From Felis catus (Eukaryota), in NCBI RefSeq assembly GCF_018350175.1, contig NC_058368.1, positions 205,098,001 through 205,162,000 of the forward strand: 64,000 nt of DNA, given 5' to 3'. The notes beneath the pieces were generated by a model. It did not search any database. It worked only from the letters and a program-made list of their open reading frames with translations, and was not told where the DNA came from. This document shows, piece by piece, positions 51,538-64,000 of the stretch (its first letter is position 1; each line of letters starts with the position of its first letter). Made by a program: the position numbers and the translations under genes.

Positions 51538-52150
51538 AATACAGAAAGAGAAAAACTCATTTTTATTTTCAATTTTTATTAAAAATACCTGTCTTTAATT
51601 TTTGTTACTATATTTTTTATTTTTGTGCAATTTTTTTCAAATTCTACTTTACTTCCATCATTTTATTTTAGTCTACTTCAGTGTACTCACCTTTTCAAAT
51701 TTTCAAACAATTTCCTTTTTTTCTCTTTTTCATTTCTTTTCTTTTTATTGAATGCAGAAATAGAAAAACTTCATTTTTACTTTCAATTTCTTTTAAAAAT
51801 ATTTTTATTTAATTTTTATTACTATATTTTTTGTTTTTATGTAAATTTTTTCAAATTCTATCTTACTCCCATCATTTTATTTCAGTCTACTACAGTGTAT
51901 TCACTTTTTCAAATTTTCAAATGATTTCTTTTTTTCTTTTCTTTTCTTTTGTCTTCTTTTATCCTTTTTCTGTTTTTAGTTTCTTTTCTTTTTCTTAAAT
52001 ACAGAAAATGAAAAAATTCATTTCTTTTTAATTTTTATTAAAATTATTTTTCTATAATTTTTTCTACTATATTCTCTACTTTTGTGTATATTTTTTCAAA
52101 TTCTATTTTACCCACATCATCTTTTTTCAAATTCTCAAACGATTTCCTTT
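51538..52150 (+). repeat. Three ~150-250 bp T-rich tandem units in the L1 5'UTR
   Basis: Units start AATACAGAAAG/AATGCAGAAA at about 51538, 51751 and 51998, each containing ttttttcaaattcta. Confidence 0.85.
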
Positions 52151-52368
52151 TTCTTCTACCCCCCCCTTTTTTTTTGTTTCTTTAATCTCTCAAACCATTT
52201 TCAACACCCAGACCAAAACACACCTAGGATCTAGCATCATCTATTTGATTGTTATGTGTGTGTGTGTGTGTGTGTTTAATTTTTAATTTTTAATTTTAAT
52301 ATTTTTTTAATTTTAATTTTTTTTAATTTCAATTTCTCTACCTCATTAATTCTTTTTCTCCCTTGAAA

Positions 52369-53253
52369 ATGACAAAATGAAGGAATTCACCCCAAAAGAA
52401 AGAGCATGAAGAAATGACAGCCAGGGACTTAACCAACACAGACACAAGCAAGATGTCTGAACCAGAACTTAGAATCACAATAATAAAAATACTAGCTGGA
52501 GTTGAAAATAGATTAGAATCCCTTTCTGCAGAGACGAAAGAAGTAAAAAAATAGCCAGAATGAAATTTAAAATGCTATAACTGAGCTGCAATCAGCAGAT
52601 GGATGCAGCAGCAGCAAGGATGGACAAGGCAGAACAGAGAATCAGCGATATAGAGGACAAACTTATAGAGAATAACGAAGCAGAAAAAAAGTGGGAGATT
52701 AAAGCAAAAGAGTACAATTTAAGATTTAGAGAAATCAGTGACTCATTAAAAAGGAACAACATCAGAATCATGGGGGTCTCAGAGGAGGAAGAGAGAGAAA
52801 TAGGGATAGAAGGGTTATGTGAGAAAATCATAGCAGAAAACTTTCCTAACCTGGGGAAAGACACAGATATCAAAACCCAGGAAGCACAGAAGACTCCTAT
52901 TAAATTCAACAAAAGCCAACCATCAACAAGGCATATCCTAGTCAAATTCAGAAAATACTCAGGCAAGGAGAGAATCATGAAAACAGCAAGGGGAAAAAAA
53001 GTCCCTAACCTACAAGGGAAGACAGATCAGGTTTGCAGCAAACCTATCCACAGAAATGTGGCAGGCCAGAAAGCAATGGCAGGATATATTCAGTGTGCTG
53101 AATCAGAAAAATATGCAGCCGGGAATTCTTTATCCAGCAAGGCTGTCATTCAAAATAGAAGGAGAGATAAAAAGTTTCCCAGAAAAACTAAAATTAAAGG
53201 AGTTTGTGAGCACTAAACCACCCCTGCCAGAAATTTTAAGGGGGACTCTCTGA
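52369..53253 (+). pseudogene. L1 ORF1p, disrupted
   Basis: ATG ACA AAA TGA (early stop), coiled-coil/RRM fragment AEQRISDIEDK..LKRNNIRIMGVSEEEE..IIAENFPNL, C-terminal QPGILYPARLSFKIEGEIKSF. Frameshifts present. Confidence 0.9.
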
Positions 53254-53371
53254 GGAGAGAAAAGATGAAAAAAAAAGTATATATATATACAAATAAATAA
53301 ATAAATACCAAAAGCAACAAAAGATTAGAAAGGGCCAGAGAACATCACCAGACTCCAACTCTACAAGCATC

Positions 53372-56030
53372 ATAATGGCAATAGATTCATATCTTTCAGT
53401 ACTCACTCTAAAGGTCAATGGACTCAATGCTCCAATCAAAAGACATAAGGTAACAGAATGGATAAGAAAACAAGATCCATCTATACAATGTTTACAAGAG
53501 ACCCACTTTAGACCTAAAGACACCTACGGATTGAAAATAAGGGTATGGAGAACCATCTATCATGCTAATGGTCAACAAAAGAAAGCCAGAGTAGCCATAC
53601 TTATGTCAGACAATCTAGACTTTAAAACAAAGACTGTATCAAGAGATGCAGAAGGTCATTATATCATAATCAAGGGGTCTATAGACCAAGAAGACCTAAC
53701 AATTGTAAACATTTATGCACCAAATGTGAAAGCACCCAAATATAAAAATCAGTTAATCACAAACATAAAGAAACTCATCGATAGTAATACCATAATAGTA
53801 GGAGACTTCGACACCCCACTCACAGCAATGGACAGATCATCTAATCAAAAAATCAACAAGGAAACAATGGCTTTGAATGACACACTGGACCAGATGGACT
53901 TAACAGATATATTCAGAACATTTCATCCTAAAGCAGCAGTGCACATGGAATGTTCTCCAGAATAGACCATATACTGGGACACAAATCAGTCCTAAGTAAG
54001 TACAAAAAGATAGGGATCATACTGTACATATTTTCAGACCACAATGCTATGAACCTCGAAATCAACCACAAGAAAAAATTTGGAAAGGTAACAAATACTT
54101 GGAGACTGAAGAACATCCTACTAAAGAATGAATGGGCTAATCAAGCAGTTAAAGAAGAAATTAAAAAGTATATGGAAGTCAATGAAAATGATAACACCAC
54201 AACCCAAAACCTCTGGGACACAGCAAAGGCGGTCATAAGAGGAACGTACATAGCAATCCAGGCCTTCCTAAAGAAGGAAGGAAGGTCTCAGATACACAAC
54301 CTAACCTTATGCCTTAAGGAGCTGGAAAAAGAACAGAAAATAAAACCCAAAACCAGCAGAAGACAGGAAATAATAAAGATTAGAGCAGAAGTTAATGCTA
54401 TCGAAACCAAAAAGACAGTAGAACAGATCAATGAAACCAGAACCTGGTTCTTTGAAAGAATTAACAAAATTGATAAACCACTAGTCAGTTGGATCAAAAA
54501 TAAAAAGGAAAGGACCCAAATAAGTAAAATCAAGAATGAAAGAGGAGAGGTCACAACCAACACAACAGAAATAAAAACAATAATAAGAGAATATTATGAG
54601 CAATTATATGCCAATAAAATGGGCAATCTGGCAGAAATGGGCAAATTCCTAAAAACATATACACTACCAAAACTGAAACAGGAAGAAATAGAAAATTTGA
54701 ACAGACCCATAACCAGTAAGGAAATTGAATTAGAGATCAAAAATCTGCCAAAAAACAACAGTCCAGGACCAGATGGCTTTCCAGGGGAATTCTACCAAAC
54801 ATTTAAGGAAGAGTTAACACCTATTCTCTTGAAACCGTTCTAAAAGATAGAAATGGAAGGAAAACTTCCAAATTCTTTCTATGAAGCCAGCATTATCTTG
54901 ATTCTAAAAAGGAATCTCTTAAAAAGGAGAACTATAGACTAATTTTCCTGATGAACATGGATGCAAAAATCCTCAACAAGGTATTAGCCAACTGGATCCA
55001 ACAATACATTAAAAAAATTATTCACCACAACCAAGTGGGATTTATACCTGGGATTCAGGGCTGGTTCAATATCCACAAAACAATTAATGTGATTCATCAC
55101 ATCAATAAAAGAAAGGACAAGAACCATATGATCCTCTCAATAGATGCAGAAAAAGCATTTGACAAAATACAGCATCTTTTCTTGATAAAAACCCTCAAGA
55201 AAGTAGGGATAGAAGGATCATACCTCGAGATCATAAAAGCCATATATGAATGACCCAACGTGAATATCATCCTCATTGGGGAAAAACTGAGAACTTTCCC
55301 CCTAAAGTCAGGAACAAGACAAGGATGTCAACTCTCACCACTGTTATTCAACATAGTATTGGAAGTCTTAGCCTCTGCAATCAGACAGCACAAAGATATA
55401 AAAGGCATCCAAATTGGCCAGGAGGTCAAACTTTCACTCCTCGCAGATGACATGATACTCTATATGGAAAACCCCAAAGACTCCACCCAAAAACTGCTAG
55501 AACTGATTCATGAATTCAGCAAAGTTGCAGGATATAAAATCAATGCACAGAAATCGGTTGCATTCCTATACACCAACAATGAAGCAACAGAAAGAGAAAT
55601 CAAGGAATCGATCCCATTTACAGTTGCACAAAAAGCCATAAAATACCTAGGAATAAATCTAACCAAAGGGGTGAAAAATCTATACACTGAAAATTATAGA
55701 AAGCTTATGAAAGAAATGGAAGAAGACACAAAAAAAATGGAAAAAGATTCCATGCTCCTGGATAGGAAGAACAAATATTGTTAAAATGTCGATACTACCC
55801 AAAGCAATCTACATATTCAAGCAATCCCTTATTAAATTAACACCAGCGTTCTTCACAGAGCTAGAACAAATAATCGTAAAATTTGTATGGAACCAGAAAA
55901 GACCATGAATGGCCAAAGCAATCTTGAAAAAGAAAACCAAAGCAGTAGGCATCACAATCCCAGACTTCAAGCTGTACTAAAAAGCTGTAATCACCAAGAC
56001 AGTATGGTACTGCCACAAGAACAGACACTC
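53372..56030 (+). pseudogene. L1 ORF2p (APE endonuclease plus reverse transcriptase), disrupted and truncated
   Basis: [76 protein letters not shown] ~19-nt deletion near 53940 and stops break the frame. Confidence 0.95.
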
Positions 56031-58136
56031 ATTTCAAAAAATAGAAATGGAAGGAAAACTTCCAAATTCACTACCCTAATATCAATACCAGAAAGACTCC
56101 ACTAAAAAAGAGAACAACAGGGCAATATCCCTGATGAACATGTATGCAAAAATTCTCAATAAAATACTAGCAAATCTAACCAACAGTACATTAAGTGAAT
56201 CATTCACCACTATCAAGTAGGATTTATACCTGGGATGCATGGGTGATTCAATATTTGCAAATCAACCAACATGATACACCACATTAATAAAGAATAAGAA
56301 TCATGTGGTCCTTTCAATGGATGCAGAACAAGCATTTGACAAAGTACAACATCCATTCATGATAAAAACCCTCAACAAAGTAGGGTTAAAGGGAACATAC
56401 CTCCCATAGTAAAAGCCATATACAAAAACACACAGCTAATATCATCCTCAATGGGGGAAAACTGAGATTTTCTTCTATGGTCAGGAACAAAACAGGGATT
56501 TCTACTCTCACTACTGTTATTTAACATAGTACTGGAAGTCCTAGCCACAGCAATCAGACAACACAAAGAAATAAAAGGCATCCAAATAAGCAAGGAAGAA
56601 GTCAAACTTTCACTATTTGCAGATGACATTATACTCTATATAGAAAACCTGAAAGACTCCACCAAAAAGTTTCTAGAACTGATACATGAATCAGTAAAGT
56701 CTCAGGATAGAAAATCAAGGTACATAAATCTGTTGCATTTCTATACACCAATAATGAAGCAGAAGAAAGAGAAATCAAGGAATTAATCCCATTTAAAATT
56801 GCACCAAAACCCATAAAACATCTAGGAATAAACCTAACCAAAGAGGTAAAAGTTTTATACTCTGAAAACTAAAAAACACTGATGAAAGAAATTGTAGATG
56901 ACACAAAGAAATGGAAAAACATTCCATGCTCATGGATTGGAAGAACAAATATTGCTAAAATGTCTATACTACCCAATCTCCACATTTAATACAATCCCTA
57001 TCAAAACACCAACAGCATGTTTTGCAGAGCTACAGCAAGTAATCCTAAAACTTGTATGGAACCATAAAAAACCCAGCTAGCTAAGGAAGTCTTGAAAAAG
57101 AAAACCAAAGCTGGAGCATCACAATTCTGGACTTTAAGTTATATTACAAAGCTGTAGTGATCAAGACAGTATGGTACTGGCACAAAAATTGACACATGGA
57201 TCAGTAGAACAGAATAGGAAACCCAGAAATGAACCCACAACTATATGGTCATTTAATCTTCGACAAAGCAGGAAAGAGTATCCGGTGGAAAAAAGTCTCT
57301 TCAAAAAATAGCGTTGAGAAAACTGGACAGTTACATGCAGAAGAATGAAACTGGACCACTTTCTTACACCATACACAAAAATAGATTCATAATAGATTAA
57401 AGACCTAACTGTTAGACAGGAAACCATTAAAATCCTAGAAAAAGAACACAGGCAGTAACCTCTTTGACACTGTCTACTAGATATGTCTCCTGATGCAAGG
57501 GAAACAAAAGCAAAAATAAACTATTGGGACTTCATCAAAGTAAAAAGCTTCTGTACAGTGAAGGAAACAATCAAGAAAACTAAAAGGCAACTTATGGATT
57601 GGGAGAAGATATTTGAAAATGACGTATCTGATACAGGGTTAGTATCCAAAATACATAAAGAACTTATAAAACTTAACAAATAATCCAGTGAAGAAATGTG
57701 CATAATACATGACTAGACATTTTTCCAAAGATATACAGATGGCGAGCAGATACAAGAAAAGATGTTCAACATCATTTATCATCAGGGAAATACAAATCAA
57801 AACTACAAACTGATATCACCTCGCACCTGTCAGAATGGCTAAAATTAACAACACAGAAACAACAGGTGTTGGTGAGGATGCAGAGAAAGGGGAACTGTTA
57901 CAGTGCTATGGCAATGCAAACTGGTACAGCCACTTTGGAAAGCAGTATGGAGGTTCCTCAAAAAGTTAAAACTAGAACTACTGTATGATCCAGCAATTGC
58001 ACTACTAGGTATTTGCCCAAAGGATACAAAAATACTGATTTGAACACCCAGATGTTTATAGCAGCATTATCAACAATAGCCGAATTATAGGAAGAGTCCA
58101 AATGTCCATCAACTGATGAATGGATAAAGAAGATGT

Positions 58137-58170
<34 letters not shown>
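58137..58170. repeat. (TG)n microsatellite
   Basis: Directly visible. Confidence 0.95.
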
Positions 58171-58172
<2 letters not shown>

Positions 58173-58740
58173 CAATGAAATATTACTCAGCCATAAGAAA
58201 AAAGAATTAAATCTTGCCATTTTTGCCAATGATGTGGATTAAGACAGAGAATATTATGCTAAGCAAAATAAGTCAGTCAGAGAAAGACAAATACCATATG
58301 ACTTCACTCATATGTGGAATTTGAGAAACAAAACAAATGAATGTAGGGGGTATAAAAGAGAGGCAAACCAAGAAATAGACTCTTAGCTAAAGAGAACAAA
58401 TTGATGGTTACCAGAGGTGAGGCAGGTGGGGGTGATGGTTTAGATAGGTGATGGGGATTAAGGAGGGCATTTGTGACGAACACCAGGTGTTGTTGTAAGT
58501 GTTGAATTGCTAAATTCTACACCTGAAACTAATATTATATTGTATGTTAACTAATTGGAATTTAAACAAAAACTTGAAAGAAAAATAAATAAAATTACTT
58601 ACTATATTAATGATAAATTTTTAAAATTTCAGTCCTTTTATGTTTATTGAGCCTTTTAATGGTTTGAGCATACATCTGGGTGAAAGTTTCATATGCAACC
58701 TGAAAGAGTATGCATTATTCTTTGTTATGTTCCCTTTTCT

Positions 58741-58915
58741 TTCTTTATTTTAAAGTTTATTTATTATGAGAGAAAGTGAGGAGGGGAAGGGAAGAGAAAG
58801 GACTCTGCACTGTCAGCAAGGAGCCTGACACAGACTCAATCTCACAAATTGTGAGATCATGACCTGAGCCCAAATCAAGAGTCAGTTCCTTAACTTACTG
58901 AAACACAGGCACCCC
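58741..58915 (-). mobile_element. Can-SINE (older)
   Basis: Decayed TSD TGTTATGTTCCCTTTTCT / TGTTGTGTTCCTTTTTCT. Confidence 0.85.
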
Positions 58916-60206
58916 TGTTGTGTTCCTTTTTCTATATATATATTAATTAAATCAAGTTGTTTGATAGTATTGTTCTGGTCATCTGTGTTTTCTGGCAGAG
59001 AGAGGATCCTTTAAATTCTGTCAGTTTCTGTTACATCTATCATAGGAAATTTTCCATCTTGAAGTCTACTTATTGTTCTGGCCAACCCAGATTTCTTATA
59101 TTTATACATTCTGAGTTTTTCATTCTTTTTAATCTATTTGATTTTCTTATACATGTCATATAGGTCTACTTTTGTGTGTAATAATCTCTGCCTTTTAAAA
59201 TAGTATTCTTAGACCATTTATAGTTAAAATAATTATCAGTATGGCTGTTATTTTCAAATCTACCATTTGCAGTTCATGTGTTAATTGTTCACCTGCACTT
59301 CATCCAGTATTCCTCTTTTCTTGCTTCTTTATGATTGTGTATATTTTATATTCACTATTTTAATTGATGTATTTTATATTTTATAAGATAGTCTTATATT
59401 GGATTTATATTAAGCATCTGTACCTTATTACAGTCTAGTCTATTTTCAAATAATATTATACTACTTCATGTGGTATACTTACAAAATATAATTTTTGGAC
59501 AGAAGCACCTACACATCATAGATGTAGTCTGCCCTTGAGAGACTTATTAAAGAGGTGTGCATTGGCCCTGGTGGGCTTGGTGCCTTTGGGTGGGGAATTC
59601 CAGGCTCAGAGAATGGTCTGGACTAAAGAACATGTAGATTGGTGTATCCTTTTGACCCTGTACACTTTCACCAAATGGAAGGGCAACAGCTAGATGAGGA
59701 CTGCAGCAAGACTTTCTACGGTTCAAAGCCCAGGGTCTATGGGCAATATTACCTTCTAACATTGACTATGGTCTTTAGCATTATGTCCTCAATAATTGGT
59801 TATTTCTCTTCATCAGAGCTTCTAATTTGAGATAGATTTGGAAATAATTACTCTTGGAATTAACTTCACAGTAAAAAAGTAGAGTGGGAAAGAAGAAAGG
59901 GCTAAAAATCTAAGGAACCTTTAGACAAAGTGGTGAAAATATTTGAATTTTCACTGCCTGACAATTTCTCTGGATTAATTACTAGGGTAGTATAATTAAC
60001 TAATTCATAACTTCATAGAATTATTCTGGTCAGTACCAAAATTTTATGATTCCTTTCTCTTCTTTGGATCTTCCTCCTCTTTTCAAGACCTTCTTCTTTG
60101 CATGGGTCTAAATTCCTATTTTCACATATTTCTGTACATCTTTAAATGTCTAAATATTTTCCCCAAATTGAGGCTGTTTCTACTACCACTGAAAATATTA
60201 AATTTT

Positions 60207-60415
60207 TAAAATATTTTTTAATATTTATTTATTTTTGAGAGAGAGAGAGTATGAGTAGAGGAGGAGCAGAGAGAGGGTGACACAGAATCCAAAGCAGGCT
60301 CCAGGCTCTGAGCTGTCTGCACAGAACCCAATGCTGGGGCTCGAACTCAGGAAGTGTGAGATCATGACCTGAGCCGAAGTCAGTCACTCAACCTACTAAG
60401 CCACCGAGGTGCCCC
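60207..60415 (-). mobile_element. Can-SINE with TSD
   Basis: TSD GAAAATATTAAATTTT (60191-60206, 60416-60431). Confidence 0.95.
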
Positions 60416-60534
60416 GAAAATATTAAATTTTAATAATTATATTCTGTTTAATTTTATTACCTATTTCATGTAGAAATAATGACACTGGTACTTGGGAGAA
60501 GAGAACTCAATTGATTTGTACTAGCAAAATTGGG

Positions 60535-60536
<2 letters not shown>

Positions 60537-60576
<40 letters not shown>
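60537..60576. repeat. (CA)n microsatellite
   Basis: Directly visible. Confidence 0.95.
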
Positions 60577-60577
<1 letters not shown>

Positions 60578-60706
60578 CATAGTTAAAACCAATGATTATT
60601 TCAAAGAAAATGTTAAAAGTTTTTTTTTTCTTCCTTAGTTAAATGGGACTGTGCTATCCAAAGAATGACTGCTTCTCTAAACTATGTCTAAACTATGACA
60701 AATTTA

Positions 60707-60859
60707 CGGGCACCTGGGTGGCTCAGTCAGTTAAGTTTCTGACTTCGGATCAGGTCATGATCTCATGGTTCATGAGTTCGAGTCCTGCATCAGCTTTATG
60801 CTGACAGCTTAGAGCCTGGAGCCTGCTTTGGATTCTGTGTCTGCCTCTCTCCTGATCAC

Positions 60860-60890
<31 letters not shown>

Positions 60891-60928
60891 AAAAATAAAT
60901 AAACATTAAAAAAACTTTTTAAAAAATC
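60707..60928 (+). mobile_element. Can-SINE
   Basis: GGGCACCTGGGTGGCTCAGTCAG head, (CT)n, A tail. TSD core CTATGACAA on both sides. Confidence 0.92.
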
Positions 60929-62342
60929 TATGACAATTTTGGCCTAATCACATATTAAACATTTATTAAGTTGTCACATCAGGATAGATCGTGTACCTAA
61001 TATTAAAAAGCTATGTTCTCTTCTCAAAGAGCTAATGTTCTAAAGTTAAGAGAGGGAGAAATAACATAAACAAACAGAGACAGGAATGGATCCAAACTCA
61101 GTAGAGACTCTCTTTATTATAGTTTCCTTTTTTGATCACTCCCTGATTGTGTACAAATAGACTTTTGGCATGTGAAATTATGTCATTGTTTAAATTGGCA
61201 GTTTGGGAAACTGGCTTGACCTGACTCCACCTCTTTCAGCCTGAAGGATAGTCCCATCTTGGGTGGCCTTCCCATCAGAAAAGTGTCTCAGACAGGATGC
61301 CAGAGCCTGGTCTGTGACCTACAGCACAGGAACTTTCCAGAGGCAGCTTTGAGATAACCCATCTCTAACAGCCAGAATATTAGTTGATTCAAAGTGACAT
61401 AGATTCACTGGAGTACAGTGGATTTCAGTCTTCACAGTAGAGAGAGAGAGGGAAAAAAACTTGTTCAATTGATCATGTAGCATGATTACTAAATATTCTT
61501 GCCAACAGTCTTTTAAAAGTTACAGTTAAAATGTTGATGAAATGTGCAAAGAATACAGAGAATATAAAAAGTGAAGTTAGCCCTGGTGGGAGAGAAACAA
61601 TGGGGAGAAAACCACTTACGTATAATGGTATGATATATAGTCCTCACTCTTTTCTCCCTATTCACAGAAAGGAGATTGCCTTCTAATGCCTTATGAGAAG
61701 TTTTGGTAACAGGAAAAAAATTCTGAGATTGGTAGTGGCCTCCTCTTGGCACTAATTGATCATGAAATCATTTACATTGATCTCCTCAAATATCACGTGC
61801 CTAGAAATGGTGCAAACACTGTTCTCCATGCTTATGTCTCCTTGAATTGGTCTGAATTAAACCTCTAACTGGACTAAGCGTTGGTATGTATTTTGCAGCC
61901 CATGCGTTTAATAAAACCTTCACCTATTTTTATTGACAGAACTCTATAGGAAAACGCAAGCCTCATGTCAAAGGGACTAAATGTGGGGCTCTATGAAGAG
62001 AACGACTGAAAGAAAACTTAGAGGTAGTTGTATATAACCTAGAAGGGAGAAAATGGCTTCTATTTTTTGGATAACCATTAGGTAATTACATCTGTGTGAG
62101 CTTACAAGCAGAAACTGAAAACATTCCCATTAAAAGCTTTGTGAGTTCAGTCCACCAGTAGCATCGCTTAGATGGCCAGAAAGAATGTATAGCATAAAGC
62201 TAGCAGGAGGGTGTTCCACACTGCAGGATAGAATACTGTCGGATTCTGATGCATTGAGTCTCCAGAAAATATAGCACCGCTCTGGCATTTCTTGGCTGCA
62301 AAGAATCCATGGCAGCAATGACCATGGAAATTATCATGGAGC

Positions 62343-62741
62343 GAGGCAGAGATACTAACTTCTTGCCAAATATCCATGTGCTCCTCACATTACCCAGTCT
62401 CAATGCAATAAAGTGAGACTGCTTCTGGTCATTGCTCTGTGAGCAGAAATGACCTATTTATTTTTGGGCCAAAGCATTCAAAAGCCAATGCAAGTCCTTC
62501 CAGTATTTCTTTGCCTTAATGACCCTTCAGGCCACTTATTGAGTTGGAAACATTGTAAGATGGTGAAACCTGTTAGAGTGGATCTACAAGTTACAACTTA
62601 GAGGAGAGTTCCAAGCTATCTTGGGATGGTTGTCAGATCCTCAGAGAATCTGGCATGCTCTTTGAGTAAGAAGGAACTTTTATATGCAAAGCCATTAAAA
62701 TTTCAGGGTTTGTTTCTGTAGCATAACTGAGTGACTAACAT
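62343..62741 (+). mobile_element. MaLR LTR (MLT1J/I-like)
   Basis: ttctggtcattgctctgtgagcagaaatgac..gggccaaagcatt..aagccattaaaatttcagggtttgtttctgtagcataac..gactaaca. Confidence 0.65.
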
Positions 62742-63149
62742 AAGGAGACTATACCAATAGAAGGGAAGAAAAGGTTAAATGCCACACAATAGGTAAATAA
62801 ATGTGTTCATGAGACATTTGTAGAAATACCTAAAATACTGTTTAGAGACTTTAGAGATATATAAATAACAGGCAGGTTCAGATTTGGTAAAATAAACGTT
62901 ATTACTATTCATGTATTCCTTCCTCTTAAACCTTATTATGCTGTATATTAGAACTGATAGATCAGAGATGGCTTTTCCATTTCTCTTATTTTATATATGT
63001 GCCCCTTAAAACATGAGTGTGAAAAGTTGCTTGCCTAAGCCTTCTCAGCAAATTAGTGACAGAAAATGGGATGAAGGGCAGCTTGGGGGTCTAGGAGCCA
63101 GGTAGGCATAGTGAAGGCCCTTTACAGATGACTTCATTTTCCAGCTCTC

Positions 63150-63342
63150 TCAGGTGCTTCCCTCTCAATGTTCTTTTAGTACTTTGCTCTACTGGTACAA
63201 CTATACTTATACTCTACTGCAATTTGTGAATTCCACAGTGAAATACTTGATTATATAGATCATTAATCTTTGTCTTCAGTGTCCAACACAGAGACTGCAG
63301 CAAAAAATGAACTAAATAAAATTTTATTGAATAAATGAAACT
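63150..63342 (+). mobile_element. L2 3' end
   Basis: cagtgtccaacacagagact..aataaaattttattgaataaatgaa tail. Confidence 0.55.
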
Positions 63343-63736
63343 TCAGGTGGTGTTAACACTAAATAAAGTTTGGGGTAGGGTAGTGCTTTGTATACATGGA
63401 ATATATACATTAAAATTATGTAAAAAAAAAATCCACTGATAATATTGGATAGTAGAGCAAAAAATATCTTCTCCAACACTGATAACAGTATATCTCTTAC
63501 CATTCAGCCCAGAGGTTGGAATTCTCAAAAATAGAGTATACCTTAGTTTGGGTATTGAAGGTATTTAATAAAATAGAAATACAACCTGGGATAAATGGAA
63601 TGGCATATAATTATTTATCTGTTAAAACCTTGGTACAAATTAACCAACCATATAGTCTTAGCAGACATTAAGTTCCTGATGGAATGGGATGTAGTTCATT
63701 TTTAAGGAAGTGGGAGCAAGAATACGGACCTATCAC

Positions 63737-63967
63737 GGGGCGCCTGGGTGGCGCAGTCGGTTAAGCGTCCGACTTCAGCCAGGTCACGATCTCGCGGTCC
63801 GTGAGTTCGACCCCCGCGTCAGGCTCTGGGCTGATGGCTCGGAGCCTGGAGCTTGTTTCCGATTCTGTGTCTCCCTCTCTCTCTGCCCCTCCCCCGTTCA
63901 TGCTCTGTCTCTCTCTGTCCCAAAAATAAATAAAAAACTTTGAAAAAAAAATTAAAAAAAAAAAAAA
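63737..63967 (+). mobile_element. Very young felid SINEC_Fc
   Basis: Near-consensus, CpGs intact, long A tail. Perfect 17-bp TSD AAGAATACGGACCTATC (63718-63734, 63968-63984). Confidence 0.97.
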
Positions 63968-64000
63968 AAGAATACGGACCTATCTGAACAGGTAAGATAT

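Larger units (their letters stand above)
50180..56030 (+). mobile_element. Younger felid L1 (L1_Fc-like): intact 5' end, ORF1, most of ORF2, 3'-truncated
   Basis: Starts GGGGGAGGAGCCAAGATAGCGG, GC-rich 5'UTR, long ORF1/ORF2 fragments. Ends abruptly at ...AAGAACAGACACTC with no 3'UTR or poly(A). Confidence 0.9.
49994..58591 (+). mobile_element. Older 5'-truncated carnivore L1 (pieces 49994-50179 and 56031-58591) hosting a younger L1
   Basis: EN-domain piece before 50180; RT, C-terminal region, 3'UTR and tail after 56030. Decayed TSD AAATTGCTAAATATATTAA (49975-49993) / AAATTACTTACTATATTAA (58592-58610). Confidence 0.85.

Noticed and set aside
53375..55784. Endonuclease and reverse transcriptase ORFs as a possible novel RT system
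   Set aside because: Standard LINE-1 ORF2p motifs in normal L1 context, broken by stops and frameshifts.

Overview
Mammalian (felid) genomic DNA, identified by numerous tRNA-derived Can-SINEs of the cat-type SINEC_Fc family and carnivore/felid LINE-1s. I can see no intact protein-coding gene, RNA gene or CRISPR-type structure. The window looks like repeat-rich intergenic DNA or the interior of a long intron. Main contents: (1) a full-length decayed minus-strand L1 with a 14-bp TSD (20524-27580), nested in a multi-layer stack inside an ancient L3/CR1; (2) a compound plus-strand L1 locus (49994-58591) in which a younger 5'-intact but 3'-truncated felid L1 sits inside an older 5'-truncated L1, giving two tandem RT regions; (3) a processed RPL23A pseudogene (28453-29005, minus); (4) solo LTRs with 6-, 5- and 4-bp TSDs, an ERVL internal-plus-LTR remnant, about 11 Can-SINEs, and MIR, L2 and hAT fossils. 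All long ORFs are L1 or RPL23A remnants or chance frames. I found no convincing novel biological system. The best second-look items are a YY1/NRF1/CTCF motif cluster in the young L1 5'UTR, the 3'-truncated L1-in-L1 chimera, two patchwork templated-insertion scars and a candidate recursive splice site. Repeat family names come from my recall of consensus sequences and need RepeatMasker/Dfam confirmation.
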